A DNA stretch of 63,026 nt, filler included, from Licmophora abbreviata (taxonomy: Eukaryota): NCBI GenBank assembly GCA_900291995.1. It is 17 parts of 17 records of this genome, joined end to end, with 100 filler letters (N's around TTAATTAATTAA, not from the genome) between each part and the next. Parts side by side here need not be neighbours in the genome. Positions count along the whole stretch, not along the records: positions 22,343 to 23,683 come from OLMU01003104.1; positions 23,784 to 28,750 come from OLMU01003105.1; positions 28,851 to 30,764 come from OLMU01003107.1; positions 30,865 to 36,076 come from OLMU01003108.1; 13 more parts are not named here. One strand, given 5' to 3'. Below are positions 23,470 to 36,007 of this stretch, in pieces. The translations under genes and the position numbers were made by a program. Below the pieces are notes generated by a model. The model did no database searches, had not been told where the DNA came from, and saw only the letters and a list, made by a program, of their open reading frames with translations. Positions within the stretch are counted from its first letter, which is position 1, and each line of letters begins with the position of its first letter.

Positions 23470-25728
23470 ATGATACCTGGTTTAGTGTGTCTAGGGTTCC
23501 TCTTCTTGCTGCTGCGTAGACCTAGGTATCTTGTATCATCATCTGACGACCAAACGCGACGGCCTCATTGTACTACACAGTACACATTGGAAGCATCGTG
23601 TCATGTCGGAAAGTCGTCGTCCTTCCGACCATGCATCTTATTTCTCAGAGTCCATCGCCGTGTCGCCCTGGAAGCAGCAGCAGNNNNNNNNNNNNNNNNN
23701 NNNNNNNNNNNNNNNNNNNNNNNNNNNTTAATTAATTAANNNNNNNNNNNNNNNNNNNNNNNNNNNNNNNNNNNNNNNNNNNNAAGCAGCAGCAGCAGTG
23801 GTTCCTGTCTGTGTCTCTGCAGTCCAACACCACATTCACTACTTCTACTACTGCACGAACGACACCCGCTCCATCTACAAGAGAAACAATCAAGAATCTT
23901 CTGCAGGAGCATGGCCTTTCTCGATTGTCAGTTCAATGGGCATCCTCGTCGTCCACGACCTATCCGTCGTCGTCGTCGTCGTCATTAGCGTCCTCCCAAC
24001 GGCAAGGTCCATCTGGTGTCAGTGTCACAGCGGAGTTCGTTTTCGAGAGAGACAATGAGCAGAATGAAATCAAAGAAGAAAAAGAACAACACTCCTACGA
24101 CTCCTACTACTCACTACTGTTGCCTCGCTTCGAGTCGATACTGCGCGTCCTTGTGGGAGAACGCATACTCGTAGCACCTTCGTCCTTGTCCTCTACCAGT
24201 CGACTGAATCGACGACATGTCTTGTTGCGTCGTCCAAGACATCCAAATCCATATCATTCCAAACACACTGTGGAAGTCTCTCTTGCATTGCCTTTTGGAG
24301 GGAGCTCCTGCATCCTCCGAAGGAGTACTTGCCTTTCTCAATACTCAGCACAGCATGACGATCACATTTCCCACTACTACTGAGTGTTTATCCTTGCCGA
24401 TTTCGACCGGAGAAATGGCGACTGACCTCAGTCATATCCTCATGGGTGACTACAATGAGAACAACAGCGGTGATACAACAAGAATGCGAATCTCGAACCA
24501 TCGGAGGAGTCTTTGGATGGACATGTACTCGACCTGCAACAGCTACGAACACCATGAGTGTCAAGTGACGATTCTTCAGGGAGTGCACTATACAACCAGC
24601 ATCCCAACATCAGCTTCATCAAACGATGCGACCACTACTGCCAGGAAGGAATTAATGATACCTCTCTCTACTGTACTTCCTCCAGGCATCCTATCGAAAG
24701 CAAGTGCGTGCAGTAGTCGCAGTAAGACGGACGAGTCCTTGCCGTCATCACTCCTGGAGCTTCGATGGAAGGGAGGTGGAATCAATAATGCTACTCTATG
24801 GAATCATACGGCACCATTCGAATTGGTGTCCGAGGACGATCACCAAATGAGGAATGGCGGACAAGTGTTGCGCTACTCGTTGTCGGATAGTACTCACAAT
24901 TTGGAACAAGCAAGGATCATGGTCGACGACGATCCAACAACAGAGACTCAGTATGATCCGGCCTTTTGGCGTCTCGATCGAACCATACAACGACCCAAAT
25001 ATGGGATTGCCAACGAGGGTGTCTTACTCACTCGCATTGAAAATATGAATGACGACGACGACGAGTGTCCGACTACAAGGGTTCATGTGATTGAAATAAT
25101 TCCAAACTACATTCGACCCGATTGGAGCTCCCTTGCGATTTTCATGAAGACGGAGGACGGCGTATTATTTCTGACGCGTAAGAATGAGCACCATCATTAC
25201 CATCAGTTGCACATGGAAATGGACGGGACGATACGCATCGAATGGACGGTGACACTGCCCCCTCAGACGAGTGCATACTCGTCACTCAAGTATGATCCAG
25301 CTTTTCTTCCCTTTCAACGCTTCCCAGGCGATCCCAATCGCGGCATGGAACTCCCACCCACGCGTGCCTATTTTTCGGCTCTGTGTTCAGAAGGAGAACA
25401 GGAAGAAATAACGCTGTACTCAGATCCATTGTTGCTCTTGCCGCCCGTGCCAGACATGAGCATGCCCTTCAATGTCATTTCCCTCACGTGCACCCTCTAT
25501 GCCTTTATTATTGGCAGCTTGGTGAATCTTCTGGTGCGCAAGTCGTCGGAGCGTATTAAGTACAAGTTGAATCCCGAGCTGAAACCCAAAAGCAAGTTGG
25601 CGGAACTGAAAGAGCGAATCAGGAACAAATTTGTACAGAAGACGGACGAAGAGAACGACCAAAAGCAAGCCGTGTCGTCAAAATCACCAAGTGAAACAGA
25701 GACAAGCGAAAAGCCCAAATTTGAGTGA
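23470..25728 (+). CDS. PIGT: GPI transamidase subunit PIG-T/Gpi16 (spans a gap; apparent 1-bp frameshifts)
   Basis: C-terminal FQRFPGDPNRGMELPP and LLLPPVPDMSMPFNVISLTCT plus a TM helix are diagnostic. Removing one G at ~24297 joins LPF to EGAPASSEGV. The N-terminal structure is uncertain. Confidence 0.82.
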
Positions 25729-25805
25729 CATCGCAGTTCATGATAACTCTCTAGCTAGAGACCATACCAGCAGTGTCTTCCGGCACAATGATAGAATAAC
25801 GGCCA

Positions 25806-27891
25806 TTATATGATTGTAGAACCCTCTTGAGGCTCATTAAAAGCGAGCTTTGCCGCAACATAAAGTACAAAGAGAAGCGCACATGCCGCCACGAGTGCGA
25901 CATGTTCCATGGTATTGCCCTCGACCGGCGTCTCTTGAAATCCAAGCTCAACACCTCCTTCTTTTGCCTTGCGTTGTTGGTACCGCCGCCGCTTTCTAAC
26001 ATGATCCGGATCGTTGGCATCGAATATCGATACAATGAACTTTCCATCTGTCTCCATCGCGAAACCAACATCCACAGTTCGTCTTGCTTGAGGTTGCTGG
26101 TCCAGCTCTTTGGAAGATAGCTTATGCAGAAGAAACGTGAACTCACCCATTGGCTCTAGCGGTAAGCCGTCGCCGACATCCTCTACGGCCAATATCGTGA
26201 CGCCTCGTTGATTCGGGTCGGCCAAGGTAAAAGACGCGTAGCCCCGCGCAGGCAATGTCGTATCCTTTGTAAGGATACAAACGAATTCATCTTCACCTGT
26301 CTTGACCCCAATCGAATGAGGGAGTGCGTCCAGCATCAATGCAGAACGGATCTTATGCGTCGGCACCAGGTTCGATCGAATGGCGGCTTGTATGGCAAGG
26401 CCTTGGGCGCACGCGCTATCAGGATTGACCGACACGCACAATTGATGCGGAAAAAGCGACTGCAACATTTCCCGGATGGCGGGGACACGCGTAGCTCCTC
26501 CCACAAGAACCACGTCATCAATAGAAGGATGCTGAGACTTGTAGCCCTTTGGCTTGCGGCATTCTTCCCTTTCGAACCTTTCGATTGCTCTCTCGACCAG
26601 TGATTTTGCTCGCTTAGTAAACGGCCGAATCGCAAGGTTGAACTCGTCTGAGGATACGAACACACGTTTGCTTCCGAACTCAATCATACACAGCTTAGCA
26701 GGAGGGTCACCATCATACTCGCCGCAAAGACGTTCTTTGGCATGACGACAAGAGCGCAGGAGTGTGGGGTGCTGACGAGCGTCCAAACTTGGAGGGAGTC
26801 CTAGCTTCCCACTCACGAGTTGCAGCAAAGCCTCGTCCATATCATCACCTCCCAAATGACCATCACCTTCCGTTATGACAACTCGAAACTGTCGATCTGA
26901 ACCGTTATCCTTGGATGCAGCTGTTTCTGGTGAAGACATGACCGCAATACTGCAATCGGTCGTCCCGGCGCCGCAATCAAACACTAATATTGATTTCGTT
27001 GTATTTGGAGGATGGGATACGAAAGAGCCCGTAGGACAGAATGGCTGCCGTCGATTCGGTGAAGGTAGAAGTGTGACCATCGAAACCAGCCATGCGGCAC
27101 GCCTCTGTCATGAGATGTCGTTGCGATTGCGAAAAGTGTGCTGGAACCCCCACGACACAGTTCCGCACCTCGCACGATGGCCCGCCCGGTACCTGCAAGC
27201 CCTTCTTTGTGGCCTCCTTCTGCAAATAAGCTTGCGCTGAAAGTCGGATGGATCGAAGTAGGATGACTGTGGCCTGCAAAGGAGTGATCGCGACAGCTTC
27301 TTCGCTTCCGACAGGCAGTATTCTAACAGCGGGTCCTACGTCGTCACCACCATCGCCATCATGCCGGTCAATCAACGAAAATGGAAGCGATTCGACAAAG
27401 TCTGGATCCTTGCCAAGCTCTCGGAGGGACATCCCGAATATTCGCTTGACACTGGAGACCATCGCCAACTCCATATCCTCTTGACTGTATTGAACCGGGT
27501 CCGTTCTCACGACATCCAGACTGCGATCCAGAGCATTCACGGCAGCCTGACCCACTTGCACCGACAGTCCCGAGTCTGAACCCACAAGTTCGTCCACAGT
27601 CTCTCCCTCCTCACCAAACAGCAACACGGAAGGAGCGATCCTTCCTGCTTTCGATCTTTCCTTCTTGGCCAAGTCATTCCGACCCAGTCTCATCCACTTG
27701 GACCGTCCCCCGCGTGAGTCCCAGACAGCAGCGGCGCAGTTCGACGTGCCCAGATCGACTCCGATCCACACTCCCTCTGTCGCCTCGCCTAGACTGCTCT
27801 TGTTCAGTCCGAAGACGATCTCTCCGTTTACTTCAGCATCGAAAGAAGAGCGTGCCCCCTCTGCTGTGCTGCGGCCGCTGCTGCTTGCCAT
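25806..27891 (-). CDS. Atypical Hsp70-family protein with C-terminal transmembrane helix (1-bp frameshift at ~27023)
   Basis: IGVDLGTSNC, VVGVPAHFSQSQR, ESTAAILSYGL, LVFDCGAGTTDCS, HLGGDDMD, VVLVGGATRVP and LMLDALPHSIG. Removing one base from the T run gives YGLFVSHPPNTTKSILVFD. Confidence 0.85.
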
Positions 27892-28121
27892 GGTCGACTA
27901 TAACTTTCAACTTTTCTCTCTTTGTGCGAGCTTCGTCATCTTTGGGAAGCCGCTTGACGGACGGACGCAACATAGCCGACACTCACGACTTGTCGTCTTC
28001 TTCGAGTAAGCACTCCTATACCCTCGAAAGCAGCTAGTTACCTATTGGATGCGTTCGTGTTGGACCTACCGACTGGTTAATATTAAGCAGCTTACGTTCG
28101 CGCGTCACATTAGCCAGCTTC

Positions 28122-28658
28122 TTATGGAATAGTCTCGCCAATCTCTCCTTCACCTCTCCAATCTCGTCCCACCCGATCGTTACTAAAGATAGGCAGCCGA
28201 TTCCGCATATGAACCATGTCAATGTCCCACATGATTTCCTCGCTCAATGGCTGCTTGTTGGTAAAGTAAGGAATCATCTCTTGCAACTGTTTTACATTGG
28301 AATGTCCCACTAGCGTCGTGGTCAGCAAAGATCGCTGCCGAGCCCATCGCAAGGATAATTCCGTCAAGGACATGTTGTTGCGCCTGGCAATCTTGGAGTA
28401 GTCGACAATCGCATCCTGAGCCGCTTGCGTTCGATACCGATACAGCGTCCCGCCCCACCCTCGTGTATCCATACGACCACGGGGCTGCTGCAAGGACTGG
28501 ATCGCACGCTCGCGATTGCTGTTTGTAATATCATCCATGGCTGCTGGGACGTTCAAGTACTTGCCCGTGAGCATGCCACCGGCGAGGGCATTGTAGGCCA
28601 TGAAACCAACGTTTTCGTTCAAGGGAGATGCTGCCTCCGCGACCCCGTTCTCTTCGCT
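28122..28658 (-). CDS. Aldo/keto reductase (Tas-like), last exon; 5' part mostly in gap
   Basis: Acceptor AG at 28660-28659. SEENGVAE..VGFMAYNALAGGMLTGKY, LTELSLRW and TTTLVGHSNVKQL are AKR C-terminal motifs. Confidence 0.8.
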   Translation of the reverse strand, partial: SEENGVAEAASPLNENVGFMAYNALAGGMLTGKYLNVPAAMDDITNSNRERAIQSLQQPRGRMDTRGWGGTLYRYRTQAAQDAIVDYSKIARRNNMSLTELSLRWARQRSLLTTTLVGHSNVKQLQEMIPYFTNKQPLSEEIMWDIDMVHMRNRLPIFSNDRVGRDWRGEGEIGETIP

Positions 28659-29183
28659 CTATATAAGATTGTACATTGGGACAACCGAGAAGTGTCAGTG
28701 TGCATACACAACACAAACCAACACGCTTCACTTCCATTGCCTCATCATCANNNNNNNNNNNNNNNNNNNNNNNNNNNNNNNNNNNNNNNNNNNNTTAATT
28801 AATTAANNNNNNNNNNNNNNNNNNNNNNNNNNNNNNNNNNNNNNNNNNNNCGCGACGTTTGACAGGATACAGCAGGTTACAGGAGGAGGATGACGATGCC
28901 ATCATGGCTCATCATGGCCGATGATGTGTTTTTGAAAGATTTCAAGATTTCAGATGTCGTATCTTCTAGACTCGTACGAAGTGTACGAGTATAGTCTAGG
29001 TTATGCGTCAATCTGTATCGCGAAACTTTGCGCGGATGACCACAGATGACAGACGGAGAGGCGGTCAACGGTCAGCGCGGCGTCGATGCGACGATGAGAT
29101 TGAATTTTTGGTCTCGCCGCCGTATTACATCAGTGACTCTGCTGGCACCAAAAGGACAGTCTCATCGCCACCTCGTCACCACT

Positions 29184-29546
29184 ATGAGCATAGTTACCGC
29201 AAACGCAAGGCTCGTTCCTACTTGTCGTCGTGCCATCATGATGTGGAACAGAAGAAACGGTATTAGCCATCCATTCGTATCGAAACGAAACATCAGCCTG
29301 TCCCTCCCCTTGACTCCGCCGGTATCCTGCAACACATTGCCGTCTCTGTTTACAACGACTCCTTCGTCACTCTTTTGGAGTGATTTTATCCCTTCCTCTG
29401 TTATTCTTTGGATCAAACGTACATTTCAGCCTTCCATTTTGCGCAAGAAACGCAAAACTGGATTTCTTGTACGTCAACGCTCGGTTGGTGGACGACGGGT
29501 CTTGAAACGACGACAAATGAAGAATCGAGCCAGGTTGGGAGGATAA
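29184..29546 (+). CDS. MRPL34: Mitochondrial ribosomal protein bL34m
   Basis: C-terminal [35 protein letters not shown] is L34. It follows an Arg/Ser-rich presequence; the start ATG choice is inferred. Confidence 0.9.
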   Translation: MSIVTANARLVPTCRRAIMMWNRRNGISHPFVSKRNISLSLPLTPPVSCNTLPSLFTTTPSSLFWSDFIPSSVILWIKRTFQPSILRKKRKTGFLVRQRSVGGRRVLKRRQMKNRARLGG

Positions 29547-29765
29547 AAGGAAAAAGCGAAAAAGGAGGAGAAGCGCTGCATTGCAATCTACTGATGAGTT
29601 GCGAAGAAAGAATATGAATACGTGGATGAGAGATTTAGTCTTGAGATTGTCATGGGCAGTTGGTTCACTGAATGGCGACATTGATGTAGAGCCGATCGTA
29701 TACTGCTATTAAAAAGTTGAACTCCGTGTCAAAGCCTTTTATAGTATTATTGTTGTGCTCGATCA

Positions 29766-30758
29766 CTACAATGGGACTTGACCCGTCGTTCCATACAGTT
29801 CTGTGTACTTTGTTTGGTTGGCCGACAATGTCTTGGCAATTGGCGACGCCACGCTCGCTAGGTTGCCCCATGCAGGTCCCACAGTCGGAGCAGTGATGGC
29901 GACTGCTGCTGCTGCTACAATTGCTTCTTCCACAGGAGGTGGAGGCGGAGTGACTGCAGCCGGAGTCGGCGGAGCAACTGCGGCCGGAGGAGGAGGTGTC
30001 GGAGGCGGCGTCGGTGTTGCAGGAACTTCTTCTTCTTCTTTCACTTCTGGACTCGCTTCCGCTGCTGCTTCTTGCTCGGGCGCTGTAAAGTTCGCAAATG
30101 CCGCAACGTCTTCCGCTTCTTCCACCGTCACCATAATGGGCGTCCCTACGGGAATATCTTGCGTCCCGACGGCGACGAGCAGTTTGGCCACGTAGCCATC
30201 GTCTTGGGCTTCAAAGTCCATGTTGGCCTTGTCAGTTTCGATATTGGCAAGAGCATCGCCTGCAGAAAAACTTTCGCCCTCCTTGACAGTGAACTCGGCC
30301 AGTGTCCCACTTTCCATAGTAGGACTGAGGGCGGGCATGCCCACGACGTGGTGGTATGGCAGGTCGGACATGAATCGAAGACCAGCGCCGGGGATGAAGC
30401 TGTGGAGTGTGTGGGTGCGGACGTGGTGATGAGATAGAACAAAGCAATGATAAATCGGTATAGTTTGAGTAAGTATATTGATAGACAGAGAGAGAGAGAG
30501 AGAGAGAGACTTTTGGCATTGCATAGCGCCTTGGACGAATAATTAAGCTGCGTACTTGCAAAGATTCTATAGCTCCGCGTACTACACGCCGGCAGAGTCG
30601 GGACGATCCATTAAATTCTCCCTTCTCTCTGCCACATTTACATTCAAAAGTGCAATTCACACATACCTATTGCGAAATCGGATCGACTGTGCTGCAGCTC
30701 GGCGAGTCGCCGTCGCCGAGGAACGCAGCAGCAGCATCGTCGTCGTCGTCGTCGGCAT
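29766..30758 (-). CDS. Mitochondrial single lipoyl-domain protein (PDH E2/E3BP-like N-terminus, no catalytic domain)
   Basis: Exon 1 encodes the presequence MLLLRSSATATRRAAAQSIRFRN; intron 30666-30400 splices in frame. MPALSPTMESG..IETDKA lipoyl-Lys motif, then a Pro/Ala linker, a short tail and a stop at 29766. Confidence 0.85.
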
Positions 30759-31263
30759 GGTGCCNNNNNNNNNNNNNNNNNNNNNNNNNNNNNNNNNNNN
30801 NNNNNNNNTTAATTAATTAANNNNNNNNNNNNNNNNNNNNNNNNNNNNNNNNNNNNNNNNNNNNCAATACTATCGATGGGTATTCCTAGAAGACACGAAA
30901 AGAAAGTATCGCCGGAGGGTCGGGGAGAGCGGCGACACTTTGACACCATGGTCAAGACACATGGTCCGTCGCTCCGCGATACATCGCGGTACGCGCGAGC
31001 TCCGCGCGCCCAAGTATCCAGATACTTCGCGCTTTCGCGCGATACTTGGATGTTTTTGCGGTTCTTGCCGTGTGCGAGCTCTCAAGACCTCGTGATGCCT
31101 TTGCGAGCTTTTGGAAACAAGATCCAAAAAAGCCAAAAAAATCGAAACAGAATCTTTTCCACTCATCACAACTAACTATCAAGAGACACACAACCATGAT
31201 GACAAGAACATGCCACACTGTACATCCTTTTACTGTTGAAGCCTGATTGCTAGCGTTGGCATC

Positions 31264-32160
31264 ATGGGCTGCGCACAGTCTACTCCCAAACCAGAAAAGG
31301 CTCCCCCTGAGCCACTCCCCGACCTCCAAGCCATTCAGAGCTCGCCTGCACGTGCCATCAGCGGCGAGCCTGCGCTGCTTCCAGACGACGAAAGCAGCAG
31401 CATGACGGACCCCGACAATGCCACCACGCTCTCCATGAAGCAAGTTGGCGACGTTGGGACAGGTAGTAAATTCGAAATCGCAAAGACGGACTCTTCGAAT
31501 GTCGATGACTTCATTCTAAGTCCTGCCTTTGGGCTGGGGGGTCAGATCGTCCGTCGACAGATGCAAGATCTCCTCAAGCTCTGTCGAAAAGAGAAGGCCA
31601 AGCCGCTGTGTTATTGCGTCAAGTCTCCGGAACAAGGGCGAAACGTATTCAAGGTTCTGGTCGATAGACCCATGCGAGACACGCAACGTGAGTAGTGTCA
31701 TATGCGGAATAGGATTTGTGATGAAACGTTTGCCGCGACTCGGTGATGTCTACTGCACCCACTCGCACCGATTGCGGCGCCCTCATGTACAATCTTTGCT
31801 TTCCTGACTTACGCAGCTGCCAGCATATTCAAAGGACCGAACGAGACCAAGCTGTACATCTTTGCCAGTGCCGAATTCAATATGGACTCTAGAATATGTT
31901 CCGTCAAGGTCTATGGACAGGGAAAAACGAGTAAGCCGCTGTACACGATCCGACAGTGTACAGCCAAGGTATGGGTATTGAAAAAGAATGAAGTGGTCGT
32001 GTGTCAAATGCAACAAGTCGAACCCTTGGTACCGAAATTCAGGGCCTACGAAATGACGGTCTCTCCCAACGTCGACTTGGCCTTTGTCATTTGTCTCACG
32101 AATATCTGTGACTGGTTTGCTCAAGTCTGCAAACAAGACGGTGTCAAATACTATCAGTAG
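31264..32160 (+). CDS. N-myristoylated LURP-one/tubby C-terminal-like protein
   Basis: MGCAQS N-terminus (myristoylation/palmitoylation motif). Intron 31688-31816 joins the two ORFs in frame. C-terminal YEMTVSPNVDLAFVICL resembles the LURP/scramblase terminal helix. Confidence 0.65.
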
Positions 32161-34447
32161 TGGCACGGCTCTTGACAGGAACCTTGGCGTTAGAATGGAG
32201 AGGACAAGACACCAAGGTAAAAGAATCTCATCGTGCGTATATCTCTAGTATCTTTGCCGCATTGTAATCCGGGGCGCTACAAGATTCCATAGGCGAAGGA
32301 CTCAGGCCAATTATCACTTTGCGGTACCTGGCTCTAGTACATTCCGAAAATGCGTGCGGCTACAATATTACACTCCTTGGAAAGAGAGGAACGCGACTCT
32401 TGCGTGGCGAGACGCATAGAAGAAACAAGTACTCTCCTGTCGAAGCGACGGTCGTCCGCCACTTGTTTTCGTGGAGGTTGGACACCATGACGAACACCCA
32501 GAGCATCTCTGTGCTCTAACATGTGTGTGTCGACAGACATTGACGTTACCACGTGTGCTCTATGCGAGCGACAAATGCCTGTTGTGTCTGACACTTGCGT
32601 CGTCTCTCTTCGACACATTTCGTTCGCAGCAACCAGGCGGCGTCTTCCAGGACCTTTCAACGTTAAAAGACCCTTCGTAATATGGTGCATGTCACGACTG
32701 GATTGGCCTTCGTAGTAGCCAACCATGCGGTAGCTGCAATTGCGTTTCGAAACAGCAGAGCAACGAGCATGAGAAAAAGTGTAGGACGAAGAAACAGAAG
32801 AAACTAGTACTCGGTTAAAGAATGCCGGTCCCTTGCCCAGTCCCATGAAGTCGTATTGGGGGTGAATAATTGTTACGTGTCATCGTAATGAACCTCCACG
32901 AACAGAGTGTTGTCCCCTTTTGAAAATATCGAAACCATCACGTACCTCGTCAAGGCTCTCAGGAGCTATATGTTACTTCACCCCCTGTCACCTGTAAGAT
33001 ACTTACATAAAAGACTGTTTGCACGTGAGAACCCACTAAGATGAGGACGACAGCGAATGCACACAACATCTACTCTCTTGGGTCGGCATTGACGAGACAC
33101 TTTCCAAAAGGACGGGACAAAAGCGTCACGTTTCCGCAACCGAGTCGTCGAAAATCGTGCCTTTCAGAACGAAAGAACACTCGAGCAACTCAACTAATAC
33201 TCCCAACGTGACTCGCGATACTCTTCCACAAATGTAACAGATAACACGGCCATGGGATCAGGGTGCCTCCTGACAATTTGTGGTTCAGCCAGTATATCTT
33301 ATGTCGACTGCGACGTCGAGATCAAACTTACACATTGTATGGCAAAGCGAGACATCAGAGGGTCACTACCAGCCCAATTTTCTAGGGGTCGAATCTAGAC
33401 CTACTGCGAAGTCATCGCACAAAAACGTGCAAAAGAAAGTGAGCATTGAAGTGCTGGATGTACGACCGCTTGTGACTCTACCCCTCATGGAAAGGAGGAG
33501 CAGAGTGTCTGGGGACGCATGTAATTCTAGCGAAAGGTCTCCACCGCAGCATTCCAGTTCATCCTCACGTCGCTACAAGAGTTCGTGAATCATGTTTCAA
33601 CACTGAAAGCTGGAGAGAGCAAGTCGCACGGACGGCCGTAGATAGTATAGCCGAGTGATTTCATTCCGTTCGATTCGATCACCTTACCTGATGGCTGAAT
33701 GCAAGACATCCCGCACTCGTCGAAAGCACTACATACACGCTTTCGAAACTCCACCAGTTTTGTCGAGGCTCAAGCATGTATTCGGTATCATGTTGGCTTT
33801 GCGAACGATGCAGGTTTGCCGCCGACCCGCCGCCCGCTTGAACCCGTCATCGACACCATCGTCGGCGTTGGACCAAAACTGAACAAAACTGATGGCTGGG
33901 CGTCGCGTTCAGCGTGGTCGGAGGAACTCTTATCGAGTCGAAGAAGTCATCCTGACAGAATTGTAGCGAACCCCAATGGGTTCGTTACTTATCGGGCTTT
34001 TCATATTGTTAACTTCAACACTGAGGTTTAGATAAATGATTAGTACCGGCGCTAACGTGAGCTCTACGCTGGGGCGAACTTTCATGCCCCCTATCCTCGC
34101 AAAAATTGCTCTTGCTGTGTCCATTGTCCCTTGCCTCTTTTAGGTGCGTTTATGAATGATTTCGGCGCCAGTCTTGTTCATCTTTGCGTTGCTTTGCGTC
34201 GGAAGGAGGCGTCGATAAAGATCTAGACGAGGAGACGTTGAAATGCTCCGTTGGGCGGCACCTTCCCATCCCTGTTGAGTCTCTGTTGAGTCTTTTGTCG
34301 CGCGCTCCGTAGACCTGTGTAGAATATGTACCACAGACACTGCGACCGCCGGGCGCACGCATGTACTGCTGCTGTAAGACTCGACTCTCTCTAACGATGT
34401 CCGTTGCCCTCGTCGTCTTTTCTGCAGACTCAGACCAATAATTCACC

Positions 34448-35032
34448 ATGAGCGTCGAAATGGAAACCTGCCCCGCCAGTGCGCCCTTCTTTGGGTTCAT
34501 GGGAGTCACCAGCGCGCTGGTTTTTGCCAATATCGGCGCTGCTTACGGTACCGCTAAGAGTGGTGTCGGTATCTCGTCGATGGGTGTGATGAACCCGGGC
34601 TTGGTGATGCGTAACATTATTCCAGTAGTCATGGCGGGTGTACTGGGTATCTACGGTCTCATTGTAGCCGTGATTATCCAGGGATCGATCGTGGCGCCTC
34701 AGAATGGCCTGAGCCAATACTCTTTGTACACGGGCTTTGCACACTTGGCGGCCGGCTTGTGCTGTGGCCTGTCTGGTCTTGCGGCGGGTATGGCTATCGG
34801 AATTGTGGGTGACGCTGGCGTTCGTGCGGTGGGGCAACAGGAGAAGCTGTTTGTTGGAATGATTCTTATCTTGATTTTCGCCGAGGCCCTTGGTCTTTAT
34901 GGTACGTTTTTGCATACCAGCAGTACACATTGCCACTCGTCTGCTAAAATTGGTCCTTTCCCTTTTCCTCCAGGCCTGATTGTCGCGCTTATTCTGTCTC
35001 AGAACTCGTTCACTTGTGAAGGAAATAACTAA
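34448..35032 (+). CDS. VMA3: V-type H+-ATPase 16-kDa proteolipid subunit c (copy 1)
   Basis: [28 protein letters not shown] and [13 protein letters not shown]. 72-bp intron at 34902-34973. Confidence 0.97.
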   Translation: MSVEMETCPASAPFFGFMGVTSALVFANIGAAYGTAKSGVGISSMGVMNPGLVMRNIIPVVMAGVLGIYGLIVAVIIQGSIVAPQNGLSQYSLYTGFAHLAAGLCCGLSGLAAGMAIGIVGDAGVRAVGQQEKLFVGMILILIFAEALGLYGTFLHTSSTHCHSSAKIGPFPFPPGLIVALILSQNSFTCEGNN

Positions 35033-36007
35033 GGCTAGACTACGGCGGCGAAAATGGAACGATATGTATACAGCAGCCCTTCCGACTTGCTCTCGCTTGT
35101 GTGTTGGGTGGACGCGTCTCATGGTAAACCTAGAACTTTCTATCCAATTTTAGAAGATAGCATCACGTTCTCGTGGTCATGATGAATCTCCAATCCATGA
35201 TGGGCATACAGAAATTGCTTCCTTGACATTGAGCGACGACGAGAGAGGCCCCGTTCATCGAACATTCTTAGTGCGACGACGAGCTCGAACAACGCCTGTG
35301 ACAGACGTGTAGCTCGTGATTGATGAACGCTACGTAGATCAGTACCACAACTCACGTTGAAAAGTTCGTCTCTTCTGCCGATCCTGCAGCCGAAGCAAAT
35401 CTTCTCGATTCCCATCCGCAGCAGGTAAGGACGCCGATCGCTTCGTTTCTAGCTTCCAGTTTCATTGAAAGAGGGCACAGATTGCGATTTATGAAAGGGG
35501 GAGGTGTGATGGAACACAATTCCGTGAGGAACTGCGAATGCAAAGCTCGGTCTCGTCAGTTCCACCGACACGAGCTCTGCCAATCTTCTGGTCGTTATTT
35601 CTATCGATTTTTCGGTAATCGACTGCGGTTTTTGAGTCTTTTCTTTATTGGATGCTACTCCTGTCGTTTGGATCTCCTCCCGGGATGTTACTGTCCCAGG
35701 AATGGCTCTCTTTTGTCTCTTTTGAAGCTCCCATGCTCATTGGCGACGATCCAACGCTTTTTATTCGTATTCATACATGAATATGTATATAATACACATC
35801 GCGAACTCTGGCTATATTCACCGCTACTCAAGACTGTAGGAAGTCCAAATGCTGACCTCGAGCACCCGCCGTCGCCGTCATTTTTCCTCCCCGCGCGCAT
35901 GTTTCTTCCGCTCGCCACCTTTCGACCTTGACCTTTGCGGCTGGAACTGACTCGTGCTTCTTCTTTCCGTTTACTTTCTCCCCTTTGCAGCCTCTTACTA
36001 ATTCATC

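Noticed and set aside
12546..30758. A lipoylation/2-hydroxyglutarate repair gene cluster (LhgO-like + ABHD11 + lipoyl protein)
   Set aside because: The genes are interspersed with unrelated ones across several gaps, their predicted compartments differ, and the oxidoreductase is at least as GlpA-like.
32996..33012. ATACTTAC as the start of U1 snRNA
   Set aside because: The match stops after 8 nt, with no CTG continuation, stem-loops or Sm site recognised.
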